64,000 nucleotides of DNA from the human T2T-CHM13v2.0 reference genome, Homo sapiens. The stretch lies in the NCBI RefSeq assembly GCF_009914755.1, contig NC_060946.1; one strand, given 5' to 3'. A model generated the notes under the pieces. That model did not search any database, had not been told where the DNA came from, and saw only the letters and a program-made list of their open reading frames with translations. Positions 30,078 through 45,165 of this stretch are shown piece by piece (position 1 is the stretch's first letter; the number at the start of each line of letters is the position of its first letter). The translations under genes and the position numbers were made by a program.

Positions 30078-32575
30078 TGACCACTTACCCCTGGGAAGTC
30101 ACCCTGAGGTTTATAGTTGCAAGCATGAAGAGGCTGGAGTTTGCTCAGAATGATTCTGCTGAACGTTCTCACTAAGGTCTTGCTTGGTACAACAGTGTCC
30201 CTGGTATCAGGGGATCCGACTGTCTCTGTAGTGGCTCTTCCAGGACAGAAAGTCCCCTCAGGCATGGGCACCTTTCATGGAGGTCCCAGGGGACAGTCCC
30301 TAGCACTCAGCTCTTTCAGGTCCCAAGCACAGCCAGGATGTCAGCTGCCCCAGCATAGCAGGTCAAACGGTCTCCTGCTCTAGCATCTTCCAGACCAGAA
30401 CTTATCCTCCTTTCCCCTGGGAGCCCCACCTCCAGGGGTCAGGCAGGTCTTCCTTTTCAACCCTTGAAACCCAGGGGTGATGTCATTATTCTCCTCGCGT
30501 AACAATAGGGCTACCTGCCCACTTTCTGGGGGATGGAACATCTGCAAAATGTGAAAGGGACCCTCTCTCCTGGCAGTAAAGCCTCCCACCTACATACTTG
30601 GGCATGGCTACCCACATTTCCCCAGAGGAGGAACACCGCTGCTTTAGAAAAAGGGCTTCCTTTAGGGCTTCAAAGAGGATTCTCCTTCAGTATATGGCCA
30701 AGGTCTCTCGCTGGCACCTCTAGATCAGGGCGGAGACAAAGAAAGACACAAGTTGAGTCTTGATTGGGGAACCCCATTATATAACCATGGCCATGCCCAC
30801 CTCCCTGGGTGTCATCAGGATTTAGTTAGGTGATATATTCAGTTATTCACTCAACAGACATGTATTGAGATCTTGCTGTGTGCCTTACATGCCAGCATCA
30901 TGTCACTGCATCATGAACTTTCCTGCTAGAACGCTAAGTGGTTCCTTCTTGATGTCCATTATAAACAACAATCAGTGAGTGTTGACCACTGGCCCAGGCA
31001 CATGTTAATAACCCCAGAGGCAAAACTGCCTGCGCTTTTTGCAAATTAGCAAATCAGAGTGGCCATGGAGTGACTCTAAATGCTGGTGTCCCGAAGCATA
31101 GGTCTAACGCTTACTGAAATTATACTGCGGTTTATGTGTGATGCCCACCACGATTTGGGTCTCCTGTGGGGATACTGAGGTTTATGTATGGTGCCAACCA
31201 TGATTTAGGTCTCCTGTGGGGACAGTTTGGAGGCCAAATGGGGAGGCGGAGGCGGAGCACTAAGGAATCCAGTCTCTGTACCAGGCTGAGGATGCAAGGG
31301 TGGCACCATCTTCCCCTCCAAGCCAGCCCCTCTGTCAGTGTGATTCTGTCCTGCTCTCTTGGAGTCTGAAAACCTGGCTCTGTTAAGTGGCCGGAGAAGC
31401 AAGCCTGCCTCTAGGTGCAGCAGGCACTTTCTGATTTCCGTCTTTCCCCCTCTTTCACTGGTCCCGTGCAAGTCTCCTCACAAGATACCACTGTGGCTGG
31501 TTTGGGAAGTAGCTATGATCAGCTCCTTCCACCACCCCATTGGGACTTTTGTTACTTACCATTGTTGGGAAATGATTCATTGAAATTAGCCTGTCATCAC
31601 TGACTTAGAAGGCCTTGGGTGATGGAATTTCTCCAAAGTGGACCTAGGCGGAAGAAACCAACATTTCATGTAAGAACGTGAGCTTGCCGGAAAGAGCTCT
31701 TGGCTGTGAGCCGTGGTCAGGCTCTGTCTGAAACAAGGGCTTTCCACACCTGAGCACAGGGAGTTCTCTCAGCCACTGTAGGAAGGAGGCACTCTGTTTA
31801 TCTCCTTTTTATAAATAGGGACACCCAAGCTCAGAGAAGTGAAGCTCATTGCCCAAGGTCACATAACCAGGATTCAAACCCAGCAGGGTTTGAACCCCAG
31901 CTCTGAGCACTTCACTGCTGTCTCCCGGGAGAATTCTGAGCCAGGCACTTCCCATCTCCTTACTGGGGCCCACCCAGATGGTCTGTGCTCCCCACCCTTT
32001 CACTGGGGGGGCCCTCACCAACCCCCCACCTGTCGCAGCTCAGAGTGTGAGTCTTCAGGGATGCCTGAAAATGGACTCCTGATGTTTAGTAAGCTGCCCC
32101 CTCCCTTCCCACCTGCACCCTAGATTATGTGAGTAATGGAGGAATTCCACGGAGAACGTCTCAACCCGGGGACTCTGTGTGAATACAGTTGACAGAAGGA
32201 TTTAGTTAGATGTTGAATCCATTATTCATTCAACAAACAAACATTAATTGAGCTCCTGCTGTGTACTGATCATTGCTGTAGATTACATGCTTGTGTGGTG
32301 GATGTCACTGGGAGGGAAAAGGCATTTGTATTATGTGCCTACTGGGTGCCAGGAAGCCAGGCACTGTACTAGGGCACTCAAGGTTCATTGTTCCACCTGA
32401 CTTTTGTCATCAGCCTATGGGGTATGTTTTATGGGGAAATTTAGGCTTTGGGTGTTAGGTTACTATTAAAATGTGGAAGCCCTGGCCTAGGTACCACCTA
32501 AATAGCCTCTCATCTGTCAACGAAGCTGTGTACCGCCAACTGTGTTGTGGTACCCTCCATTGATGGTTCCCTTGA

Positions 32576-32791
<216 letters not shown>

Positions 32792-32915
32792 TGACTTCTC
32801 TCCTCCTCAGATAGCACATTGAACAGCAGGAAGGATTTAGACTAAGCCCTATGAAAAAATTCCTGACTTGGAAGGCTGTAGATCATTAGAACACAATTAC
32901 ATAGGAAACTGATTT

Positions 32916-34883
32916 TTTTTTTCATGTCTTAAACACACAGGTGTTTATTTAATTGTTCATTTAATTTTTAAGTTCACTTTACTACATGGATGAGATGGGT
33001 GCATATTACAGTAGGCTTGCACTATGAGAGCTGCCACCATGAGTAATATCCCAGCCCTCGGTTCTGCTTCCCTTTCTGAGTCCCACAAAAGCCACATGTG
33101 GGCAGCCTTGGGTTCCCATCCCAGCTGGCTGCTCCTTCTGGGGCTGTCTTGGTGGGGAGAGGGAGATGGGGCAGTGGGTCCGTGCTGACCCCTGAGCCCT
33201 GCAGGGGTCAGGATCCTCCCGTGGTCCCTGGTGTGGCTCTGGAAGACGCTGGCAGTGCCCGGCCAAGGCCTCCCGCAGGATGGAAGCTGAGGGCCCTGGC
33301 TCTGGGTCCTAAGAGAACTCAGCCACCCCCTTCACATTTTACAGCAAGGGGTCGGGCAGCAGCTTTGGGATGGGGCTTCTGTGGAGAAGTGGGGGATGCT
33401 GCAGTGGTACAAAGACAGCCTCCCCCACCGCCGTCCTCCAGCTGACCATCCTCCAAGGCCAGCACTGGGCATTCAAGGGAAAGAAGGAACTCAGCCCAGA
33501 GGGTGTGGGCAGGAGAGGCCTAGAGTCAGGCCTCGACCCACAGCCCCCTCTGGGTGCCAAGTGGGAAGGGTGTGGGGGCTGGCTTGGGAACCTTACCCAC
33601 TGCCCTTCCAACACCTGGATCTGTGGGCAGCGGTCCCACAAAATCCCCCTTGGGGCTCCCTGAGGAGGACTTGTGGCTGCCACTTCCACCAGGGCAGAGG
33701 ACACAGGAGGGGCCAGCACTCCAAAGGGCTCTAGGGTGGGTCTTTCAAGGACATCTGCAAAGCCCTGGTGGGGAGGGGCGGCGGGGCTGTCCCACGGAGG
33801 CGCCTGGGCCAGAGGCTCTTTGGAACTCTTGCACTTCTGAGTGGGGGACTGTCCATGCTGCCCACAACCTCTAGACCATGCAGCCTGCTCATGGGTCCCT
33901 GGCAGAGAATGCCCACTCCCCAGCAGACTCAGGGCAGGTCCCCAACTGCAGGCTTCCAGGAAGGCCCAGGGTGTCCACCTCAGGCCGGGTGGTCTCAGAG
34001 GACCCCTGTGCAACCACATTAAGGAAAGCTGCAGCCCCCACCCACCCCCTGCCAGTTCAACAAGCTCCGGCTGCACACGCAGGCTCCCAGACACCATCAC
34101 CCGCCTCCCCCGTTGCCCCTCCCTCATGGGGAGCCCCTTCCTCCTGGAAAGACAGCAGGTACTGTAGCCTCGCCTGCTGGCCAGGGGCGCCGGCTCAGAG
34201 GACCTGCCCTGACCTGCACGTGCTGACCAGACAGCCCAGCGTAAGGACCCGCGATCCCACGCCACCGCCCTGGGTTTACCACGGTCACCGCCACCTCTCT
34301 CACAGGGCCCCCGGGGGACCCAGCCGCGCCCGGCCTGGTGTCTGCACCGAGGGACCGCGTCTCACGCCCGGCGGCTCCTGCAGGGGAAGCCGTGGTCAGC
34401 GACTCACCACGAGGACAGGGCAGGGCGGCTGAGTGCGGAAGAGAAGCATGAAGCTGGGGGCGGGGGTGGGGGAGGAGGAACAAAAGTTGCATCTAGACAG
34501 AGGTGAACGAAACAAAACCAAAACCCGAACGTGTTCTCTCGCAGGATGGGCGCCGCCCGTCCCGGGCCCTTAGCCCGACATCTCCTCTCGCTGCTCCTTG
34601 TTCCTGCGCACCTCGGCCGCGTGCAGCTCCTCGCGCAGCCGCTCGCGCAGTGCGGCCAGGTGCGCCTCGCGGATCTCCTTGCTGAGCTCCATTTGTAGTT
34701 GAGCTTCTCCTCCGCCTGGCGGCTGAAGTTGTTATTCTCCTCCAGCGCCTTGTGCAGCACCTCCCGCTCGTGCTCGCGCGGCTCCACCAGCTGCTTCAGC
34801 ACCTGCGCCTCCTGCGTTGGGAAGGGAACGGAGCCGCTTCCCCTGCCCAATGCGTTGGCCTCCAGGGTGGCACTCCCAAAAGT
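32916..34883 (-). pseudogene. 5'-truncated processed pseudogene (retrocopy) of STMN3/SCLIP, antisense in a KIAA1671 intron
   Basis: Minus strand 34817-34570 reads [41 protein letters not shown], then a 1-nt frameshift near 34693, then [40 protein letters not shown], matching the stathmin-3 C-terminus with no intron. It is followed by a long GC-rich 3' UTR, AATAAA (tttatt 32944-32949) and a poly(A) tail (T-run to 32922). TSD GGAAACTGATTT at 32904-32915 and 34884-34895. Confidence 0.93.
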
Positions 34884-35469
34884 GGAAACTGATTTCTTGT
34901 TATGCAGAACTTACCAGAAACTAGGTAAAACAGTGTTTTGAAGGTTAGTATATTAATTGAGGCTCTTTGAGTTACAAGAGACAGAGACATAGCTTAATAA
35001 GGTTTTACTATTTCTGCTTTTATTTTGATTAAATCCACCCCTGTATTCTCTTTAGGTTTGCTCGCTGGTCTTTTTTCTGTATTCCTGAGTTGAAAGATCA
35101 GTCCATATATTATCAATCTTTTCTGTTTTCTAATGCATCATTTAAGGCTATACATTTTCCTCTAAGGACTATTTTGGCTGCTTACCGTATCAAAACCTGA
35201 GCTGAATCTTGAAGAATGGATAATAATGAGTTAGGGAAAGTTATTCCAGGCAGAAGTATCAACAAGATCAAAGGGACAGAGATGTGGAAAGAACATTCTG
35301 TGTGTGTGGCAGGAGCATCCCTAAACAGTTTCGTGTTGCTCAAGCTGGGAATAGCAGGATATGCTGGAAAGGTAGGCAGGGGCCAGATCATGGAGATCCC
35401 TGATGCTTTGCTAAGGAGTTAGATTTCGTCTGTAGATGGAGAGCCATGAAAGACTTTTAAGAAGAAACA

Positions 35470-35768
<299 letters not shown>

Positions 35769-36809
35769 TTTCTTCTTGCAATGGAAACTAGAGCAGCTGA
35801 CCTGCCCACTCTATGTAGACACAGCCTTTTTAGTCCTCAAAAACATCTTGTAGGTGCCTTTGTTCATTTGGGATTTGCCCATAGCAAACATTAGGATATC
35901 AGACCAGGCTCTGAGCTGAGTGAGGGGCATTGCTTCTGACCAGATACCTTAAAGAAATGCTTGGAGAGTTCTCTCTCCCACTCCTATCCCATTTCTGTTA
36001 TTAAAGGAAATGTTTAAGTGCCTCAGGTGAGACCTCTCTGCACTTTCTTGGTTTTCTGAGCCAAGCTCTATTAAGCCACCTGGAGCAAATGAAGACCATA
36101 ATAGGGACAAAAGCACACAAATATCCCCAGCTGGAACGTGGCAGCAGCACCTCTGGCTCCCATCAGCCTGGAGGAGCCGGCCAGGGGCTGGATGGGGAAG
36201 GCTGGGTCTGTGTTTTCTTAGCGTACCTCAGTTCCCCGGGTAGCCCAAGGGCTCCAGGGCACCAGGTCTTGCCTCTTTCATCCCCGCCCCCTCCTCCAAT
36301 CCTCACTGTGCCCATGCCAGCATCCTGGTCTCAGAGAAGTAGAAACTCCTCCCATATCACTCCTGGAAGAGTGGGATAGGCAGCCCATCACCCAAAAGCT
36401 TGAGTGATCAGCTCAGCCTCAAGCACGGGTCTGGGGTTAAGTCCTGGATAGGGGAGCTGGGGTCAAGGAAAATGGCTTCCTGGTCCACCTTTGGGCCGCC
36501 TTTCCACAAGACACATGAAGCTCTCCACATTCTCCTCTGAGAGCATAACCTCGGTGCATTGTTGGCTGAAAGCATTCCTATCTACTTTCCTGCCTCTGCC
36601 AAAGATTTCCTTCTATTTCCCTGACTTGGAATGAGCCAAGGGCCCAGGAGATGGGTTTGCCTCTGTCCTCCCGCAAAAGAAAACCTACTCTGCCTGTTGT
36701 CAGTATCTTCTGGCAAGAAGCAGAGTTGTGAGAAGAGAGAGCATGAAAGCAGGCACCTTGGTGGTCCTCATCTGTAAAATGGGCCATAGCGTCTTCTATG
36801 CAGGTCTGA

Positions 36810-37070
<261 letters not shown>

Positions 37071-37106
37071 TGATCCTCAACCTTAGCAGCGTAAAGAATA
37101 GATTCC

Positions 37107-37667
<561 letters not shown>

Positions 37668-38601
37668 TTAAGTTTCAAACGGAGTTGCAAAAATAACTCA
37701 GGGAGTTTCTCCATACCCTTCACTCAGCTTTACCCACATGATAGTATTTCACATGACCATAGCACATTGGCAAAATTAGGAAATTGGCTTCTACCATTAA
37801 CAATACTACCAACTTACTTGGCTTTCACCAGTGGCCCTGTGTTGCTTAATCTCCACTTTCTGACTCTCCTCCGCCCCCAAACCTGCTGCTCTGGTGTCAT
37901 AGCTAAGCCTTGGTTTGCTTATCTGTAAAGTGGACTGAGAATCCAACTGGTGACGCTCACCAGTGCTGAACATCAGGGAAGCAGGAGTGAACAAACCCAG
38001 GCTCCTGAAGCCCTTGAGGAATCCGGTCTGCTGTGGAAGGCAGGCACAGAAAATGATCATTTCAGTACCAGATGACACAGGAAGCCAGTGCTGGAACCAA
38101 GTCCCAGTCTCCCAAATTGCACCAGAATGCCAACTGTATTATGCAATGCTGAGGGAAAGGCTGAGCTGCCTCCCTCCTCCCCACCTCCAGCTCTCACAAG
38201 TGTCTCTCATAGTCCTGGAACCAAATGGCACTTAATTTGGGTGAGGAAAGAGGCCCTTTTGCCCCCCTGTTTCAGACATCATGTGCTTGCAAACTCACTT
38301 TATGCTCCAGCAACCTTGCAAAAGGTAGCTCTTCGTTCCCCTTTTATTGAAGAAGAAATGAAGGCAGACAAGCCTGAATTGTTGGTGGAATTTCTCAACT
38401 CTGTGTATGCCATGCAGGCCACACAATCCCCATGTGGGAGCGCCGTGACTCTGTTGCTCCTTTAGTAGACGGAAGTTTTGCTTTTCTGTCATTTCTTCCA
38501 CGAATAGAAAATCAGTCAGTAGTGGATGCGTGCTTGTGTCTGTAATTGATTTTACAGGCCCTTACAGTGTGAACATCTTTCAGTCACTAGAACTAGGTTA
38601 G

Positions 38602-38998
<397 letters not shown>

Positions 38999-39925
38999 TT
39001 CCTCCCTCCCTCCCTCCCATCCTTCCTTCCTTCCTTCCCTCATTTTCTTTCTTGCCACAAAGCAAATGATCTTATAAGGTAGCCTAACGCAGGAGGCAGA
39101 CAGCCACAGGCCCTGGGTGTAGGTGAGATGGAGGCCCTGGGGCTCCCATGTGGATGCACCGAGTAACTGCTGAGGCAGATCTTGGGATTCCAGAACACAG
39201 CTCCAGTCCACTGTGCTCTGTGAAAACGGGGCTCTGGCCATTCATTCATCAGTGTTAGCTTAAACTTCAATCTCTACCACAGCAGTGCTAGGCGATTATT
39301 AACAACCAGGGGAGGTTGCAGGGCTTGTCCTGGAAAGAACCCTGGAGTTGGGCTGCGGGCAGACCCGGTGTGAATCCCAGTTCATAAAAGCTGTGTGACT
39401 TCGGGCTAGACCTTTGAGCTTTGGGCTCTCTCGCCCTGTAAAATGGGGAAAGCCAGGATCTGCCCTAAAAGAATCATACACACATGGAACGAACTCACAT
39501 TTGTCATATTTCTTGAGCCTGGTAGAGCAAAAGTGATGGGTGATCAGTGCACAGAAGCTATCAGTGGACAATGGTAATGACTGCTGTTGCTGGGGGCTGA
39601 CCCAACACGGCCTGGGAGAGAGAAGCCACTTGCCACCACTCACACCTCAGGTCCCGCAAGGGAACTTTATGCACACCATTGTATTCCATTCCCAACATGC
39701 CCTCCAAAAATGGGTGGATATTTGCCCTCCGGTTTTCTTATGGGACTCTAATAGACTGTCGAAAACTTCATTTTATTTACATGGCTCCAGGAGTAAGGAA
39801 CTGAACGGAGCTAAGCTGCAGCTGTTGGATGGAGGGAGCTGCTCTCTCCATGTAGGGTTCTCAGGGTGGCATGCCGTGTGCTGAGCACACTACAAATGGT
39901 GGCTTTTCAGCAAAAGAGAATGTGA

Positions 39926-40297
<372 letters not shown>

Positions 40298-41188
40298 TGA
40301 GGGGTCTTGGGGAATGGGGGTCCCTCTCCTTCCAAACTCAGGCTATACTTCTAGAGAGGTGCTCGCATAGGTTTTAGAGCTGAATAGAAGAGAGTTACAA
40401 CTTTTTAATTTTCTCTAGCAGCAGAAGCTTTGTTCATGAGAATTCTCAATACTCAGATACCTAAAAAGTACAACAGAGGCCGGGGAAGGAGGCCAGGAAT
40501 CAGGCCAGCTGGCCTCTCCTCTTCCCCGCCCACTGCCACCTGCTACATGGAACGCCAGGGCACCATTGCTGGAGAACTACTGATCTAGTTTAGCCCTCTC
40601 CAGACCGATGGGGAAACTGAGGCATTCTCCCTCCTCTTCCCCTTTGGGGAAGTATCTTTATTATCAGAGATCTGGAGGACCTGGGAAGGTGGATCAAAGG
40701 GCACGGCCAGGTTGAATGAGATCGGTTTCACTCCCTTCGTGGAACAGCTATCCCGATCCTGGGCTGTTCTGTGTAGAGACGAGCACAAAGCAGCTTCTGC
40801 CCCCCAAGAGGCTCTCAGGCTCTCAGGCTCTCAGAGGGGTGTTTCAGCAGCTGGAGGTGGAGGTTAAGAACAGGGGATCTAAGGTCACACAGCCAGGGTT
40901 TAATTCCACCATTGCTGCTTAAGAGCTGCATGATGTGGGAAAAGGTACTTGACCTCCTGAACCTCAGTTTCCTCAACTGTAAAGTGGGTTTTCTAACCTC
41001 CTAACCTTCCGAGGTGGTCATGAGGATGAAACGAGTGTGTCTAAAGCCCTGTGCCTGAGCCCTGGGATGTAGAAGTACTCAATGAAGCAGAGTGGAAATC
41101 TTATCATGAGCACTGTTAATCCATGAAAGTTAGGGATTGTTCCTGATGCTAGAGTTGTAATGATAGTAAGTGCTGGTTGGATCAGAGC

Positions 41189-41390
41189 AAGAGTGGGTAA
41201 GCTATGGCCCACAGGCTAAATCCAGCCCACATCAGTTTTTGTAAGTAAGCTTTATTGGAACACAGCCACATGCATTCATTTATGTATTGTCCATAACTGC
41301 TTTAGTGCTACCACTGCAGAGTTAAGAAGTAGCACAGATGTCCCACAGCCCACAGAATCAGGAATATTTTACTCTCTGGCCCTTTCTCTG
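41189..41390. mobile_element. MER58A-like element
   Basis: tatggcccacaggctaaatccagccc...ttattggaacacagccac...aatatttactctctggccctt. Confidence 0.65.
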
Positions 41391-41463
41391 ACCTCTGTGA
41401 TGGAGGGAGGCAGGTGAAGGGCTCATAATGCACACTTGAGGATGGGCGGCAGAAAAGACTTCC

Positions 41464-41793
41464 AGCTGGGTGCAGTGGCTCACGTCTATAGTCCCAGGAC
41501 TTTGGAAGGCAGAGGTGAGAGGATCACTTGAGGCCAGGGGTTGGAGTGCAGTGAGCTATGATTGCACCATTGCACTCCAGCCTGGACTAAAGAATGAGAC
41601 CTTGTCACGAAAAATAAAAAAAGAAATAAAGAAAAAAAATTAGCTGGCTGTGGTGGTACATGCCTGTGGTCCCAGCTACTCCAGAGGTGGAAGTGGGAGG
41701 ATCCCTTGAGCCCAGGAGATGGAGGCCATGATCGTGCCACCGCACTCCAGTCTGGGCAATGCAGTAAGTCCCTGCCTCTCTAATTAAAAAAAA
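41464..41793 (+). mobile_element. Rearranged AluJ-type sequence
   Basis: Left-arm start fused to a right-arm end, then an A tract and a second right arm. Confidence 0.75.
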
Positions 41794-42700
41794 GAAGCTT
41801 CCAAGAGAAGGAGATACTTGAACTGAATCATGGTGGACAATTGGGTCTTAGCTGGACCACGGGCAGTGAGAGGGGATCCCAGGCTAAAGCCACTGCACAT
41901 GCAAAGGCCTGGAGGCCAGATGTACCTGGGAGCCTCAGGCAGTGTAAAATACATAGCGCAGAGTGGGCTGTGGGAACCAGAAGGTGAGACATTAGAGAAA
42001 GACAGGGCCATAGTTGAGACAGTGCCTCCCTGCTCTGGTAATGCCAGAATTCTGGCTCCAGAGTCAGTGGAGGGCTCCAGCATTTCTCTGTGGCTGGAGA
42101 AACCCCCAGACTAGGGCCTCAGAGGCACCTCTGGAGGCCTGGGCTTGTGTCACCACTATTAGGCAAAGCTTGGCTGAAGTCTGGAGTACCCTAGACCCCC
42201 ATCTGCCCAGGGGGCCCTCTTCTTCCTCATTCCTAGGCTGGCAGGCATAGCAGTTGAAGGCCTGCCCCTAGACTCCAGAGTCACCTAATCTCTCATCCCC
42301 TCAGGTGCAGACCCCCACTGTACCACCAACAGGCCAGCATCTTTTCCGACCCCTCCAGGGCCACGGGTCTCAGGAGCTTTCTCTGAGAACAGAATCAGTC
42401 ACGTCCTGTGTGCATGTGTGTTTGATTATAAAAGCAGTGACTGTAGAAAATACAAAAAGAATACAAAGGGGAAAAGAAAATCATCCACGATCCTACTGTG
42501 CAAAGACCACGACTGTTGATATCTGGGCATCTCTCCTTCCATTTTCTTTTTCTTTGTAATGTAGCTGAGATCACGACGTTTGCGTAGTTTGATTCCCCTG
42601 CTCCATGTTCCATATGAATGTTTTCCCATGCCCATTTAACAATCTTCATAAACGTGATTTTTTTTTCTTGAATAAAGTTTTAAACAATGGTGACTTTATT

Positions 42701-42979
42701 GTTTTTTGTTGTTTTTGAGACAGGGTCTCACTCTGTCACCCAGGCTGGAATGCAATGGCATGATTATAGCCTCGACCTCCCCAGTCTCAGGTGAATCCTC
42801 CCACCTCAGCCTCCATGAGTGGCTGGAACCATAGTTGTGTGCCACCATGACTGGCAAATTTTTGTATTTTTTTGTAGAGACAAGATTTCGCCATGTTGCC
42901 CAGGCCGGTCTCGAATTCCTGGATGATCCTCTGCCTCCCAAAGTGCTAGGATTACAGGCATGAGCTACCGTGCCTGGCC
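42701..42979 (-). mobile_element. AluJ
   Basis: Reverse Alu with TSD tgactttattgttttt. Confidence 0.85.
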
Positions 42980-43200
42980 TGACTTTATTGTTTTTTATTA
43001 AAATGTTGTGTTCTCATTATAAGAAATTCTGAGAACACAGAAAACTGCTAAGAAGAAGGTTAAAAAATAAAAGTCAAAAGTAGTACCATGTAGATGGTGG
43101 CTACTCAGATGTATTCACTTTGAGAAAATTCATTGAGCTGTGCACATTTTGATTTGAGTACCTTTCTGTATGTGTTCTTCCATTTAAAAACGTTTGAACA

Positions 43201-43538
<338 letters not shown>

Positions 43539-43635
43539 TTATTGTTGACCTTTGATAAACAAAAGGCAGCTCTGTATGCTGTATGTCTTATGGGCATTGT
43601 ATTGTTCAGAGTTCTCCAGAGAAACAGAGCCAATC

Positions 43636-43689
<54 letters not shown>

Positions 43690-43693
43690 AATA

Positions 43694-44116
43694 CAGTTGA
43701 TCCCTGAACAAGGCAGAGATTAGGGGTACTGACTTCCTACTTAGTCAAAAATCTGCATGTAGCTTTTGACTTTCTAAAATTTAACTACTAATAGCCTAGT
43801 GTTGACCAGAAGCCTCACTCATAACCACATACGTATATTTTGTATGTTATATTTTATATATTCTTACAATAAAGTAAGCTAGAGGAAAGATGTTATTAAG
43901 AAAATCATAAGGAAGAGAAAATATATTTCCTGTTCATTAAGTGGAAGTGGATCATCATAAAGGTCTTCATCCTTCATCCTTATTGTTTTCCCATTGAGTA
44001 GGCTGAGGGGGAGGTGGAAGAGGAGGGATTGGTCTTGCTGCCTCAGGGGCGGCAGAGGCAGAAGAAAATCCAAGTGGACCCACACAGTTCAAACTGTGTT
44101 GTTCAAGGGTCAGCTG
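43694..44116. mobile_element. Tigger2-family (Tigger2a/MER28-like) Tc1/mariner-type DNA transposon
   Basis: Terminal inverted repeats CAGTTGATCCCTGAACAA and TTGTTCAAGGGTCAGCTG, flanked by TA on both sides. Confidence 0.8.
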
Positions 44117-44310
44117 TATATACATGTACGTATATAGATATGTATGCACATGTAGACACACGTATGTATGTATAGAGATTGATTTTAAGGAATTGGCTCA
44201 TGTGATTGTGGAGGCAGGCAAGTCCCAAATCTGCAGAGTAGACCAGCAGGCTGGGGATGCGAGGAAGTGTCAAAGTCCAAAAGGCTTCCCTCTTCTTCCT
44301 GGGAGGCCAG

Positions 44311-44663
44311 TCTTTTTCTTTTTTTTTTTTTTTTTTTGTTTTGTTTTTTTGTTTTTTTGTTTTGAGACGGATTCTTGCTCTGTCGCCCAGGCTGGAGTGC
44401 AGCAGAGCCATCTCCACTCACTGCAACCTCCGCCTCCTGGGTTCACACCATTCTCCTGCCTCCACACCATTCTCCTGCCTCAGCCTCCTGAGTAGCTGGG
44501 ACTACAGGCACCCACCACCACACCCGGCTAATTTTTTTTTATTTTTAATAGAGACAGGGTTTCACCGTGTTAGCCGGGATGGTCTTGATCTCCTGACCTC
44601 GTGATCCGCCCAGCTCGGCCTCCCAAAGTGCAGGGATTACGGGCGTGAGCCACCGTGCCTGGC
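44311..44663 (-). mobile_element. AluY nested in MLT2
   Basis: TSD gaggccagtctttttct. Confidence 0.9.
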
Positions 44664-44958
44664 GAGGCCAGTCTTTTTCTATTCAGGCCTTCAACTGAGT
44701 AGATGAGGCCCTTTTATATCACGGAGGGTAGTCTGTGCTACTCAGCGCCTACTGATTTAAATGTTAACCTCATCTAAGAAAAAATATCTTTGCATAAACA
44801 TCTAGAATAGTGTCTGACCAAATATCTGGGTACACATTAGGTTTAAGTTGATGCATAAAACTAACCATCACAGACACTTACCTGGATAGAGAGATGGAAG
44901 GATGAATAGCTATTTGCATGACAAACGGATGGATGGAAATAATTTTATATAGGACGAA

Positions 44959-45108
44959 TTTTTTGTTTGTTTGTTTGTTTGCTTTTTGTGGAGAATGGGG
45001 TCTCACTGTGTTGCGTAGGCTGGTCTCAAACTCCTGGGCTCAAGCTATCCTCCTGCCTCTGCCTCCCTAAGTGTTGGAGTTACAGGCATGAGCCACTGTG
45101 TCCAACCA
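44959..45108 (-). mobile_element. Alu monomer (FLAM-like)
   Basis: Single reverse left-arm sequence. Confidence 0.7.
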
Positions 45109-45165
45109 AGATAAATTTTTATAACTGCAGTTTATCTCATAGAACAGATATATCGTGATTTATTT

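Larger units (their letters stand above)
43598..44872 (-). mobile_element. MLT2 (ERVL) solo LTR carrying nested insertions
   Basis: tgtatt..cagagttctccagagaaacagagccaat start, aaggaattggctcatgtgattgtggaggc middle and taaaactaaccatcaca end. Contains a (GT)n run at ~43638-43685. Confidence 0.75.

Noticed and set aside
33339-34265. 308-aa minus-strand ORF inside the STMN3 retrocopy
   Set aside because: It lies in the 3' UTR-derived part, starts at a non-ATG codon and has no domain; stop codons are rare at this GC content.
34404-34850. 148-aa ORF with a stathmin-like N-terminal half as a functional retrogene
   Set aside because: Non-ATG start, missing STMN3 N-terminus, and a frameshift after KLNYK into unrelated sequence.
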